From: Spirochaetia bacterium
Lineage (GTDB): Bacteria > Spirochaetota > Spirochaetia > SZUA-6 > Bin103
NCBI GenBank assembly: GCA_965203905.1
Contig: CBDBDQ010000005.1
Span: 1,440,001 to 1,504,000, forward strand
Length of the DNA: 64,000 bases
Direction of reading: 5' to 3'
The notes below the pieces were generated by a model, which did not search any database, was not told where the DNA came from, and worked only from the letters and a program-made list of their open reading frames with translations. Made by a program: the position numbers and the translations under genes. This document shows positions 37,028 to 47,060 of this stretch, in pieces; position 1 is the first letter of the stretch, and every line of letters starts with the position of its first letter.

Positions 37028-37957
37028 ATGAGAGTTGCAGGGTTGCTCCGCGTCGCGCTGGCGCTGGGTCTCTTTGCCGCGGCGTTTAGCGGCTGTTCGC
37101 TCAACCGTCTTGCTACGCAGACCGTGGCCGGGATGATCAGTGGTGAAGGGAGCAACGCCGTCATGGCCGGCGACGGCGACCCGCAACTGGTGGGGGAGGC
37201 CCTGCCCTTTACCCTCAAGCTGCACGAATTGCTGCTCTCCGAGTTGCCGGACGACGCCGAGCTGCAACTCGCCACGGGACGCGGCTTCGTAGTCTACGCC
37301 GCGTCGTACGTGCAGCGCCCCGCGGAACGCCTGCCCAACCGCGACATCAGTCTGCGCATCGCCGAGCTGGAGCGCGCCAACCTGCTCTACCTGCGCGCCC
37401 GCGAACACGTGCTGACCGGCATCGAACTGCGCCATCCGGGGTTTCGGGAACTGCTCGACCGCGGTGAGCTGGATGCGGCGCTGGCGCTGGCCGACGCCTC
37501 CAGCATCGACTACTTCTACTGGTCGGGTGCAGCGTGGATGGGTGCCGTGTCGACCGACCCCGCGAACATGGAACTGGTCTCCAGCGCGCGCCTTGCAGAG
37601 GGGCTGCTGGAGCAGGTCGCGGCCTGGGACGAGGCCTACGGCGGCGGTGCGGCACACGACATTCTCCTGGCCTACTACGCCAGTCTCCCGGAGGCCCTCG
37701 GCGGCGGCGCAGCCCGAGCGCAGCAGCACTTCGAGCTCGCGGTTGCCGCCAGCGACGGCATCCGGGCGCGTCCCTACGTCGGCATGGCGACCACGGTCGC
37801 GATCATGCAACAGGACCAGGAGCTGTTCCGCAACCTCCTGGACCAGGCCCTTGCCACACCCCTGGATGTTCCGGAGTACCGGCTCCAGAACACGCTCGAT
37901 CAGCAACACGCCGTCTGGCTGTTGGAACACATGGAGGACTACTTTTATGAACTGTGA
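37028..37957 (+). CDS. TRAP-T transporter T component (TatT) lipoprotein
   Basis: Lipobox FSGC, DGDPQLVGEALPFTLK, YGGGAAH, ALGG; directly upstream of P and QM genes. Confidence 0.85.
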   Translation: MRVAGLLRVALALGLFAAAFSGCSLNRLATQTVAGMISGEGSNAVMAGDGDPQLVGEALPFTLKLHELLLSELPDDAELQLATGRGFVVYAASYVQRPAERLPNRDISLRIAELERANLLYLRAREHVLTGIELRHPGFRELLDRGELDAALALADASSIDYFYWSGAAWMGAVSTDPANMELVSSARLAEGLLEQVAAWDEAYGGGAAHDILLAYYASLPEALGGGAARAQQHFELAVAASDGIRARPYVGMATTVAIMQQDQELFRNLLDQALATPLDVPEYRLQNTLDQQHAVWLLEHMEDYFYEL

Positions 37958-38993
37958 CGGAACCGGCTCCCGCGGGAGCATCGCAGGAAGCGGCTGGTTG
38001 CGGCGCACCGTACTGGTGGGGGTGCTGGCATTGGTGTGCGCCGCCGGCGCATCCGCGCTCACCATCAAGCTCGGGACGCTGGCGCCGGCCAACACGCCCT
38101 GGGACCTGGTGCTGCGCCGCCTGGCGGCGGAGTGGTCGCGCATCTCGGACGGGGAAGTCGAGATGAAGATATTTCCCGGCGGCATCGCCGGGACCGAACC
38201 GGACATGATCCGCAAGATGCGAATCGGCCAGCTTCAGGCCGCCGCTCTCACCGCCGGCAGCATCAACAGCGACATCTACCCCGGCGCGCAGGTGTTGGAC
38301 ATGCCGCTGCTGATCCGCACCGACGAGGAGATGCACGCGGTACTGGAGGAGGTCACTCCCTACTTCGACCAAGAGCTGGAGAAGCGCGGCTTCGTGGCGC
38401 TGATGTGGGCCCACATCGGCTGGGTCAAGCTGTTCTCCCGCACCCCCGTGAACACCACCGACGACCTCCGCGGCCAACCGCTCTGGGTCGGCAACGTCGA
38501 TGCGGAGGAGATCCGGGTCTGGCAGCGGGCGGGCTTCAACGTGGTGGCGTTGCCGGTGACGGAGCTCACCACGGCGCTGCAAAGCGGCATGATCGACGCT
38601 TTCTTCTCCAGCCCGCTGGCGGCCGCGGCGTTTCAGTGGTTCGGAATCGCGCCGCACATGAACGACCTCAGAATCGCACCGCTGTACGCGGGCCTGCTCA
38701 TCACCAAGCGCACCTGGGAGCGCATTCCGGCCGACATCCGACCTCGCTTCCGCGCCGTGGCGCAGGTGATCGCCGAACAGTTGAGCACCGGCGCCCGCGA
38801 GCAGGACGACCTGGCGCTGCAGGTCATGCAGGCGCACGGACTGCAGGTACACGCGCCGACCGCCGAGCTGGAACAGAGTTGGAAGCAACTCGCCAGCGGC
38901 GAGTTCCGCAGCCTGGTCGGGGACGTGATCGATCCCGAAGTGTACCGTCTGGTGACCGACAGGCTCACCGCCCTTCGCGCCACCGGCAACTGA
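37947..38993 (+). CDS. TRAP substrate-binding protein DctP (TatP type)
   Basis: Signal peptide, IKLGTLAPANTPW, PGGIAGTE, KMRIGQL, ALQSGMID. Confidence 0.9.
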   Translation: MNCDGTGSRGSIAGSGWLRRTVLVGVLALVCAAGASALTIKLGTLAPANTPWDLVLRRLAAEWSRISDGEVEMKIFPGGIAGTEPDMIRKMRIGQLQAAALTAGSINSDIYPGAQVLDMPLLIRTDEEMHAVLEEVTPYFDQELEKRGFVALMWAHIGWVKLFSRTPVNTTDDLRGQPLWVGNVDAEEIRVWQRAGFNVVALPVTELTTALQSGMIDAFFSSPLAAAAFQWFGIAPHMNDLRIAPLYAGLLITKRTWERIPADIRPRFRAVAQVIAEQLSTGAREQDDLALQVMQAHGLQVHAPTAELEQSWKQLASGEFRSLVGDVIDPEVYRLVTDRLTALRATGN

Positions 38994-39021
38994 CGTCGTG
39001 CCTCACTGACGTCATGTCTGA

Positions 39022-40956
39022 TTGACACCCACACCGCCCGCCGGGGCTGAGCCGGCCCCCTCGGTCTCCTCGCCGCGCGGGTTGCTGGCGCGGGTGGAGG
39101 ATGGCGCGGTTACCACGGCGCTGTTCCTGCTCGCCCTGCTCCCGGTGGCGAACGTGATCGTCCGCCTGGTGGGCAGCGGTGGGCTCGCTGCCAGCACCGA
39201 GTACGTGCGCCACCTCACGCTGTGGGTGGCGTTGCTCGGCGGCATCGTCACCACGCGCCGCGGCGCTCACCTGGCCCTCAGCAGTGGCCTCCATCGGCTG
39301 GCCGGTGCGTGGGGTGAGCGGGTGCGGGCCGCGGCCAGCGCCCTCTCGGTGGTGGTCACCACGGCGCTTGCCGCGAGCGCGCTGTCCCTGGTGCTGCTGG
39401 CGTTCGACCCGGCGCAGCGGGTGGGTGGGATCCCGATCCAGGCGGCGACCGCCATCCTGCCGCTGGGATTCGGGGCGATGGCCGCGCGCTTCGTGGCGGA
39501 GGCGTTCCACCGGGGCAGCGGCCGCGTTGCCGTGCTGCTGGCCATCCCGGGCGGTCTGCTGGTGGGCTGCGGCCCGCTGGTCAACACGCTCGTGGTGCTG
39601 GCACCGGCCTACCTGCCGAGCTACTCCCTGGTGCTGGCGGTTGCCGACGCCGCCGCCGCGCTGCGCCTGCCGCTGGTGCTGGCGCTGGTGGCTTCGGCAT
39701 TTATCGGCACCCCGATCTTCGTGATCCTGAGCGGGTTCACGGTGCTGCAGTTCCTGGCCACCGGCGGCGCCCTGGAGGTGGTGCCGGACGAGGCGTACGC
39801 CATGCTGTCACAGCCGCTGGTACCGGCGCTGCCGCTGTTCACGCTGGCCGGCTTCGTGCTCTCCGAGAGCCAGGCGGGCGCCCGTCTGATCCGCGTGTTC
39901 CGGGCCTGGTTCAGCTGGTTCCGCGGCGGTCTCGCGGTGATGGCGGTGCTGCTGTGCGCTTTCTTCACCACCTTCACCGGGGCCTCCGGGGTGACCATTC
40001 TCGCGCTCGGCGGGCTGCTGCTGTTCATGCTCGCCGAGAACGGCTACCGGGAACGGTTCTCCATCGGACTGCTCACCGCCTCCGGCAGCATCGGGCTGCT
40101 GTTTCCGCCCGCGCTACCGATCATCATGTACGGCGTGATCGCCCAGATCGACATTCGCCAACTGTTCGTGGGCGGGTTCCTGCCGGGGCTGGTGATGGTG
40201 CTGGCGCTGGCGGCGTTCGGCATCTTTCACGGCTTGCGACGCCAGGCGGACGGCGCCGCGCCAAGGCGCACCACCGACACCCGCTTCAGCCTGCGCCAGG
40301 CGCTGCTGGCTGCGCGCGGTGCGGGCTGGGAGCTGGCGTTGCCGGTGCTGGTCGTGCTGCTGTACTTCGGCGGCGTCACCACGCTGGTGGAAACCGCGGC
40401 CGTGGCCGTCGTCTACGTGCTGCTGGTGGAGGTGGTGGTGCACCGTGACCTCACCGTGCGCACGCTGCCGCAGGTGCTGGCCAAGTGCACCCCGATCATC
40501 GGCGGCGTGCTGGTGATCCTGGCCGTGGCCAAGGGCCTCTCCTACTTCATGGTGGACGCCGAGGTGCCCACCCGTCTGGTGGAGTGGGTGAGCGGCGGCA
40601 TCAGCTCGCGCCTGCTGTTTCTGATCCTCCTCAACCTTACCCTGCTGGTCGCGGGAGCGCTGATGGACATCTTCTCGGCCATCGTGGTGCTCGGCCCGCT
40701 GCTGATCCCGCTGGGCATCTCCTACGGCGTGCATCCGGTCCACCTCGGCATCATCTTTCTGGCCAACCTGGAGCTCGGGTACCTGACGCCGCCCGTAGGC
40801 ATCAACCTGTTCCTGGCTTCCTACCGCTTCGACCGCGACCTGGTGCAGATCTACCGTACGGTGGTGCCGTTCCTGGTGGTACTGGTCGCGGTCGTGCTGG
40901 TGATCACCTACGTGCCTGCGCTGACCACCGGGCTGCTGTCGGTGATCCGCTTCTGA
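39022..40956 (+). CDS. TRAP fused small+large permease DctQM
   Basis: [32 protein letters not shown]. Confidence 0.92.
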   Translation: MTPTPPAGAEPAPSVSSPRGLLARVEDGAVTTALFLLALLPVANVIVRLVGSGGLAASTEYVRHLTLWVALLGGIVTTRRGAHLALSSGLHRLAGAWGERVRAAASALSVVVTTALAASALSLVLLAFDPAQRVGGIPIQAATAILPLGFGAMAARFVAEAFHRGSGRVAVLLAIPGGLLVGCGPLVNTLVVLAPAYLPSYSLVLAVADAAAALRLPLVLALVASAFIGTPIFVILSGFTVLQFLATGGALEVVPDEAYAMLSQPLVPALPLFTLAGFVLSESQAGARLIRVFRAWFSWFRGGLAVMAVLLCAFFTTFTGASGVTILALGGLLLFMLAENGYRERFSIGLLTASGSIGLLFPPALPIIMYGVIAQIDIRQLFVGGFLPGLVMVLALAAFGIFHGLRRQADGAAPRRTTDTRFSLRQALLAARGAGWELALPVLVVLLYFGGVTTLVETAAVAVVYVLLVEVVVHRDLTVRTLPQVLAKCTPIIGGVLVILAVAKGLSYFMVDAEVPTRLVEWVSGGISSRLLFLILLNLTLLVAGALMDIFSAIVVLGPLLIPLGISYGVHPVHLGIIFLANLELGYLTPPVGINLFLASYRFDRDLVQIYRTVVPFLVVLVAVVLVITYVPALTTGLLSVIRF

Positions 40957-41005
40957 CGCTGACGGGCGGCGTCATTCGCGCTACCCTGGCGCGGGACATG
41001 CAGTC

Positions 41006-41416
41006 GTGAGTGATCCCTACCTGGAGCGCTACTGGAAGCGCTGGCGCTGGGCAACCTGGCTGCTCTCCGCCTCCGTGCTGGCCTCCCTCGCGATCGGCGC
41101 CGGCATCGGCTGGGAGGGCAAGGACACCGCGGTGCGCATCCAGGACATCGCCATCGCCCTGGTCTCCTGCGTGGTCACCTTCCTGGTCCTGCGCTGGTGC
41201 GCCGGAGCCATGCGCCGCTTCAGCGACCGCTACCTGATGACCCCCGCCAAGGCGGCGGCGCTGGTGGAGGAAGCCCTGGCCAAGGGGCTGCTGCCGCGGG
41301 AGTACCGCCGCTCGCCGGCACGCGACCGGCGGGTTGCCAAGACCATTCGCTACGACCGCAAGATCGGGTTCAGCGAAGCCGAGATCGAAAAGGACCTGGA
41401 AGAGTTCGTCTCCTGA
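41006..41416 (+). CDS. Hypothetical 2-TM membrane protein
   Basis: Two hydrophobic segments; fills the gap between genes with coding-like codon usage. Confidence 0.6.
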   Translation: MSDPYLERYWKRWRWATWLLSASVLASLAIGAGIGWEGKDTAVRIQDIAIALVSCVVTFLVLRWCAGAMRRFSDRYLMTPAKAAALVEEALAKGLLPREYRRSPARDRRVAKTIRYDRKIGFSEAEIEKDLEEFVS

Positions 41417-41515
41417 GCGCAGCCGCAGCGGGCGCAGCCGGCCCCGCCGGCCCCAAGCCACCCTTGAAAACGGCGCGCCGCCGGGTTAGTCTGGCGGCGC
41501 GGAGGTTGACGGCCC

Positions 41516-42352
41516 GTGGCCGATACGCACGCACAGATTCCCTACCTGCTCCAGCTCCTCGATGACGACACCGCCGGGGTACGGCGAAGGGTGATGCTTG
41601 CCCTGGAGGAGTTGGGACCGGATCTGGAGATGCTGGCGCAGCCTCACCTGGCGGATCTCAATCCCGACCAGGAGAGTGCGTTGCAACGTGTGCTGACGCG
41701 CCAGCGCAAGAACTGGTTGCGGGAGCAGTGGCCGCGGTGGTCGGCCGCGGACGGGCGCACGGCGCAGATCGAAACCGCCATGAGCCTGCTGGCGCGCTTC
41801 CAGCTGGGTGTCGACTTCCCGCTGGCGCTCGGTGACCTGCTCGACAGTCTGGCCGAGGAGGCGGACGCCTCGCGGCGCCGCCGCAGCGTGTTCGGCCTGG
41901 CCAAGTTCCTGTTCGAGGACTACGGCTTGCGCGGCAATCGCGACGATTACTACAACCCGCTCAACAGCAACCTGATCTCGGTGATCCTCTCCCGGCGCGG
42001 CATCCCGATCAGCCTGGTGGCGATCTACATGCTGGTGGGGCAGCGCCTCGGGCTCGACATCGAAGGGTGCAACGTACCGCGGCACTTCCTGGCGCGCGCC
42101 ATCCACGACGGCCGTATCGTGCTGGTCGACTGCTTCGACCGCGGCCGGGTGGTGGAGGCCGAGAAACTGATCGGCCGCACCTCGGCCAACCTGCGCCAGC
42201 TGCAGATGCTGCGCGGCGGCGCCAGCTCGGTACGCACCGTGCAGCGCACGCTGCAGAATCTGAATCATGCCTATCGTCGCGCCGGGGAGCATGACCTCAG
42301 CGCCTTCATGATCGAACTGCTCGGCAGCACCGCCCGGCGCGAGGCCGGCTAG
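41516..42352 (+). CDS. SirB1/transglutaminase-like domain protein
   Basis: GNRDDYYNPLNS, RRGIPISL, VPRHFL, LVDCFDRG, LQNL. Confidence 0.85.
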   Translation: MADTHAQIPYLLQLLDDDTAGVRRRVMLALEELGPDLEMLAQPHLADLNPDQESALQRVLTRQRKNWLREQWPRWSAADGRTAQIETAMSLLARFQLGVDFPLALGDLLDSLAEEADASRRRRSVFGLAKFLFEDYGLRGNRDDYYNPLNSNLISVILSRRGIPISLVAIYMLVGQRLGLDIEGCNVPRHFLARAIHDGRIVLVDCFDRGRVVEAEKLIGRTSANLRQLQMLRGGASSVRTVQRTLQNLNHAYRRAGEHDLSAFMIELLGSTARREAG

Positions 42353-42370
42353 CGCATCACGCCGCCGCCC

Positions 42371-44596
42371 GTGGCGCCAGAGGCGAACTCCGACCGTAGT
42401 CGCCCGGCGGCGCCGGTCACCCTGGAAGGGGTCGTGGCGCGGGTGGTGTACTCCCAGGAGCAGAGCGGCTACGCGGTGGTGGCGCTGCAGGAGCGGCCGG
42501 ACGCTGCCGAGGTGATCGCCGTCGGCAGTCTGCTGGGCACGCAGCCCGGAGAGACGCTGCGCCTGAGCGGCGGCTGGACCGAGCATCCCAAGTATGGGCG
42601 CCGCTTCCAGGCGGAGTCGTACGCCACCATCACGCCCCGCACCGTGGCCGGCCTGGAGCAGTACCTGGGCTCGGGGATGGTGCCGGGAATCGGCCCGGGG
42701 TTCGCGCGCCGCATCGTCGCCCACTTCGGTCTCGCCACGCTCGAGGTGCTGGACCACGCCAGCCGCCGCCTGCGCGAGGTGCCCGGCATCGGCGCCAAGC
42801 GCGCCGAGCGCGTGGCGCACGCCTGGCACCAGCAGCGCGAGCTGCGCGGCACCATGCTGTTCCTGCAGTCCTACGGCATCTCCGCCGCCCACGCGCGACG
42901 CATCTATCGCCAGTTCGGCACCCGCGCCCGCGCCGTGCTGCAGGAGGACCCCTACCGCCTGGCGGCCCACGTCCCCGGCATGGGCTTCCAGACCGCCGAC
43001 CGCATCGCCGCCAAGCTCGGCATCGCCGCCGACTCGCCCCAACGAATCCAGGCGGCGGCGCTGCACGCGCTGAACACCGCCGCCTCCGACGGCGACGTCT
43101 ATCTGCCGGCGCCGATCCTGTGCCGGCGCACCGCCGAGCTGGTCCAGCTCCGCGACCGGCGCGCGGCCGAGGAGGCGCTTGCCAGCCTGCGCCAGGAACA
43201 CCGGGTGATCGGCGAGCAGCTCCCGGAGCCCGCCGGCGGGCCGGTGGCGGCGCAATACCTGCCGCCGCTGTTCGCCGCCGAGCAGCGCGCCGCCGCGCGC
43301 CTGGTCGCCCTGCTGCGCAGCGCCGCGGGCGGCTCAACGGCCACCCCGGCGCCGACCGCCGCCGGCGCCGGCATCGTGCTGGCCGCGGCACAGCGGGCCG
43401 CCACCGAGGTGTTGCTGCGCAGCAAGGTGGCGGTGCTCACCGGCGGCCCCGGCACCGGCAAGACCACCCTGGTGCGCTGGATCGCCGCCGCCTCCGCCCG
43501 CGCCGGTACGCGGGTGGTGCTGGCGGCACCCACCGGCCGCGCCGCGAAACGGCTGGAAGAAGCCACCGGCATGCCCGCGGGCACCATCCACCGCCTGCTG
43601 GAGTTCAGCCCGCGCCACGGCACCTTCACCCGCAACCGGTCGTACCCGGTGGCGGCCGATCTGCTGGTGGTGGACGAAGCCTCGATGGTGGACATCCGGC
43701 TGCTGGCGGCGCTGCTGGAGGCGACCCCGGATGGCTGCCGGGTGCTGTTCGTGGGCGACGCCGACCAGCTCCCGTCGGTGGGCCCCGGCGCCGTGCTGGC
43801 GGACCTGGCCGCCATTCCCGGGCTGCCCACGGTGCGCCTCAGCGAGGTGTTCCGCCAGTCCGCGGCGAGCCGCATCGTGCAGGCGGCCCACGCCATCAAC
43901 CGCGGCGAGTTCGATCCGCGGCAGGAGAGCGCCGCCGACAGCGACTTTTTCTTCTTTGCGCGGCGCGAGCCGGAACAGGTGGCGCACACCGTCGAGACGC
44001 TGGTGACCACCCGCATCCCGCGCCGCTTCGGGCTCGATCCGCGCCGCGACATCCAGGTGCTGTCGCCGATGAACCGCGGCCCGCTCGGCACGGTGCAGCT
44101 CAACGCGCGCCTGCGGGAGCGCCTCAACCCGGATCCCGCCGCCGACGGCGGCGGCCGGTTGCGCCACGGAGACCGGGTTCTGCAGACCCGCAACAACTAC
44201 CAGCTCGAGGTGTTCAACGGCGACATCGGCCACGTCGTCGCGGTGGACGCCGAGGCGGGCAGCGTGCAGGTCGACTTCGGCGGCCGCCGGGTGCAGTACG
44301 CGGCGGCCGACCGCGAGGACCTGGTGCCGGCCTACGCCATCTCCATCCACCGTTCCCAGGGCAGCGAGTTCCCGGCGGTGGTGATACCGGTGCATACCCA
44401 GCACTTCGTGATGCTGCGCCGCAACCTGCTCTACACCGCGGTGACGCGCGGCAAACGGCTGGTGGTGCTGGTGGGCAGCGAGAAGGCGGTGGCGCTGGCG
44501 GCGCGCCGCGGTTCCGACCGCACCCGGTTCTCGGCCCTGGCGTGGCGCGCCGCGACCGCCCGCGATCCGGCGCCGGACGCGCGCCGCGCGCCCTGA
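42371..44596 (+). CDS. recD2: ATP-dependent RecD2-like helicase
   Basis: HPKYGRRF, HhH GIG motifs, GGPGTGKTT, DEASM, GDADQLPSVG, SIHRSQGSEF, YTAVTRG. Confidence 0.95.
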   Translation: MAPEANSDRSRPAAPVTLEGVVARVVYSQEQSGYAVVALQERPDAAEVIAVGSLLGTQPGETLRLSGGWTEHPKYGRRFQAESYATITPRTVAGLEQYLGSGMVPGIGPGFARRIVAHFGLATLEVLDHASRRLREVPGIGAKRAERVAHAWHQQRELRGTMLFLQSYGISAAHARRIYRQFGTRARAVLQEDPYRLAAHVPGMGFQTADRIAAKLGIAADSPQRIQAAALHALNTAASDGDVYLPAPILCRRTAELVQLRDRRAAEEALASLRQEHRVIGEQLPEPAGGPVAAQYLPPLFAAEQRAAARLVALLRSAAGGSTATPAPTAAGAGIVLAAAQRAATEVLLRSKVAVLTGGPGTGKTTLVRWIAAASARAGTRVVLAAPTGRAAKRLEEATGMPAGTIHRLLEFSPRHGTFTRNRSYPVAADLLVVDEASMVDIRLLAALLEATPDGCRVLFVGDADQLPSVGPGAVLADLAAIPGLPTVRLSEVFRQSAASRIVQAAHAINRGEFDPRQESAADSDFFFFARREPEQVAHTVETLVTTRIPRRFGLDPRRDIQVLSPMNRGPLGTVQLNARLRERLNPDPAADGGGRLRHGDRVLQTRNNYQLEVFNGDIGHVVAVDAEAGSVQVDFGGRRVQYAAADREDLVPAYAISIHRSQGSEFPAVVIPVHTQHFVMLRRNLLYTAVTRGKRLVVLVGSEKAVALAARRGSDRTRFSALAWRAATARDPAPDARRAP

Positions 44597-44598
44597 CC

Positions 44599-45600
44599 GT
44601 GGCCGCACCCGCCGGCGCACCGCCCGCCGCCCTCGGCGGCTGGTCGCGGCTCGGCCTCGGCACCTGGGCCATGGGCGGCGCCGGCTGGCGCTACGCGTGG
44701 GGGCGCCAGGACGATGCCGTCTCCGCGGCCACCATCGTGCGCGCCGTCGAGCTGGGCATCAACTGGATCGACACCGCGCCGGTGTACGGAGTGGGTCACG
44801 CGGAGCGCCTGGTGGGGCGCACCCTCGCCACCCACGGACTGCGGCGGCAGGTGCGGCTGGCCAGCAAGTGCGGCTTCCTGTGGCAGCCGGGCAGCCGCCG
44901 CCCCTATCCCCGGCTCACCCGTGCCAGCGTCTTCCGCGAGCTGGAGGCGAGCCTGCGGCGGCTTGGCACCGACCATCTCGACCTGTACCAGATCCACTGG
45001 CCGGGCCCGGAGTGCGACATCGACGCCGCCTGGGAGTCGATCGGACGCCTGGTAGAGCAGGGCAAGGTAGGCGCCGGCGGCGTCTGCAACCTGCAGGCCG
45101 CCGAGCTGACCCGGCTGCACCGGGCGCGGGAAGTGTGCTCGCTGCAGTTGCCCTACCACCTGCTGCAGCGCGCTGCGGAACGCGAGCTGCTGCCGTTGTG
45201 CGCCGCGCACGGCGTCGCGGTGCTCGCCTACAGCCCGCTCGCGTCGGGCATCCTCACCGCAACCTTCGACGCGCGCCGGCGGCGGCGCCTGCCGGGCGAC
45301 GACTGGCGCACCCGCGCCGCCGCCTTCAACGGGGCGCAGCTCGCCGCCCATCTGCGGGCGGCCGCCGCGCTGCGCGGCTATGCCGCGGCCCACGGCGGCA
45401 GCCCCGAGCGCTACGCCCTCGCCTGGGCCGCGGGCCACCCCGCGGTGCGCGGGGTCATCGTCGGCGCGCGCAGTCCGCAGCAGATCGGCGCCGCCGCGGC
45501 CGGAGGCGTGCTCCCGCTCACACCCGCCGCGCGCCGCCGGCTCGGCGCGCTGATCGCCGACGCCGTTACGGCAGCAACACCGCCATCACCCGCTGAATGA
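44599..45600 (+). CDS. Aldo/keto reductase
   Basis: GLGTWAMGG, DTAPVYG, SLRRLGTDHLDLYQIHWP, YSPLASG. Confidence 0.92.
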   Translation: MAAPAGAPPAALGGWSRLGLGTWAMGGAGWRYAWGRQDDAVSAATIVRAVELGINWIDTAPVYGVGHAERLVGRTLATHGLRRQVRLASKCGFLWQPGSRRPYPRLTRASVFRELEASLRRLGTDHLDLYQIHWPGPECDIDAAWESIGRLVEQGKVGAGGVCNLQAAELTRLHRAREVCSLQLPYHLLQRAAERELLPLCAAHGVAVLAYSPLASGILTATFDARRRRRLPGDDWRTRAAAFNGAQLAAHLRAAAALRGYAAAHGGSPERYALAWAAGHPAVRGVIVGARSPQQIGAAAAGGVLPLTPAARRRLGALIADAVTAATPPSPAE

Positions 45601-46045
45601 TCGGGGACAGGACCGCGACCCCACCGAGGACGGTCAGGTTCCACCGAGTCTGGCGTGCGATCTGCTGGTGTACGTCTCCAATCTGCCTGTTCACGTCGGC
45701 GTGCACGGCGCCGATCTGCTTACCGAGATCCGATCGTACCGCGCCGATCTCCTTGCCGAGTCCCGCAGTCTGCTCCTGCTGGGCGATCAGCTGTTCCTGC
45801 TGTCTGGCAAGCTGTTCCTGCTGGCGGTCGAATCCGGCCTGCATCTCGGCCCGCAGTCGACGCTCTGATTCGCCGATCTCGGTCCGCAGTCGGCCCGCGG
45901 ACTCCGATACGTGACGTAGAAAACGCTCCTCCAGGAGCTCGAAGTGAAGTTCCTTGTAGGTCTCCTGCTGCTGGATCTGAGCTTCCTGAAACTGCTCGAA
46001 CATCCCCACCAGAGAATCGGTGGCGGCTTCTCGCGCCGCTTCCAT
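45566..46045 (-). CDS. Coiled-coil repeat protein with C-terminal hydrophobic anchor (DUF1640/Bdr-like)
   Basis: 7-aa QQEQ repeats and 11-aa repeats (LGKEIGAVRSD/LGKQIGAVHAD/VNRQIGDVHQQ), tail RWNLTVLGGVAVL. Confidence 0.65.
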   Translation of the reverse strand: MEAAREAATDSLVGMFEQFQEAQIQQQETYKELHFELLEERFLRHVSESAGRLRTEIGESERRLRAEMQAGFDRQQEQLARQQEQLIAQQEQTAGLGKEIGAVRSDLGKQIGAVHADVNRQIGDVHQQIARQTRWNLTVLGGVAVLSPIIQRVMAVLLP

Positions 46046-46046
46046 C

Positions 46047-46364
46047 GGCTCGAAGCTCGCCGAGCTGTTCCGCTACGCCGGCGCCCACGGCATCCCACTG
46101 TATGCGCTGATCGACGAGTGAGACAACTTCGCCAACACCGTGCTGACACGGTGCGGAGGCACTATTCTTTCACCCACTGCGGCGGCTTTTCCGTGGCTTC
46201 TTCGCCACCCTGAAGAACGGTATGGACCACAGCGGAGGCATGGACAGTCTGTCCTTGTTCCATCACCGGCGTGTCGCCGGTGGCCATGGACGACGTGACA
46301 TCGGGCTTCAACATCCGCAAGAACGTCGGTCTGGAACCCGACTTCACCGAAATGGGCGGCTTCG
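46047..46364 (+). pseudogene. AAA-ATPase-like (PF09820-type) internal fragment
   Basis: LYALIDE*DNFANTVL / RGFFATLK / ITGVSPVAMDDVTSGFNI...DFTEMGGF, with a stop and frameshifts. Confidence 0.8.
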
Positions 46365-46649
46365 TTACCCGACTTCGGCGCCGAAGCAGCCTCGGTCCCG
46401 GGTGATGGCCAGGGTGTCGTCCGGAATTGCCATCAGAGCCGCCGTGCTCGCAGACAGCGTACCTGTCGGCTTGGGTTCCGGCTCACCCGTCATGTTCTCG
46501 CAGGCGATCAACGCGGCACCAAGAGGTACGCACATCAGCAGGGACGCAGCGGTGCGGCCGACGTGCACACGCTCCCCATGCGCCGTGCTCCGCTTCCTAA
46601 ACGCTCTCGTTCCTCGCCGCTCTCTTGGTACGTCCGTAATCGGCACCAC
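46365..46649 (-). pseudogene. Truncated lipoprotein-like fragment
   Basis: Hydrophobic stretch ending in lipobox-like LIAC, then a short Pro/Thr-rich segment and an early stop. Confidence 0.4.
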
Positions 46650-46685
46650 ACTATCGCGACCTCTTCACGCAGCCGATCGACCGTG

Positions 46686-46925
46686 TCATCTACGGAAACG
46701 ACATGACGACAACCGTGGATCTTCTCCGACGGCGACGTAACGTGTACCGTCGGTGGCAAGGACCTCGAGCGTGTAACGGGGGATCCCTGTGCTTGTGGCC
46801 GGCAGCCATGTCCAGGCACGCCCTCCATCTGCGCTGTGGAGGATTGTGCCGCCGTCACCCAAAGCAAGCGCTCGTGCCGTTCGAGGCAACACTGACGAGC
46901 ACGCCGCCTTGGCACCGTATTCCAC
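46686..46925 (-). pseudogene. Beta-propeller (BNR/Ycf48-like) repeat fragment
   Basis: LVSVASNGT / (frameshift) RALALGDGGTILHSADGGRAW...LEVLATDGTRYVAVGE; Asp-box-like SxDGGxxW. Confidence 0.6.
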
Positions 46926-47060
46926 CAGCGAATCTCTGTATATTTGATTACATTCGCCGGGTAAGGGGGAGGGAACCGGTTCATCACCGATGTTGGTCCT
47001 GATACGACAATCCCCGACGGGACCAGGGACGCGGTGCGCCCCGCGTCCGCTGCCGGTCAG

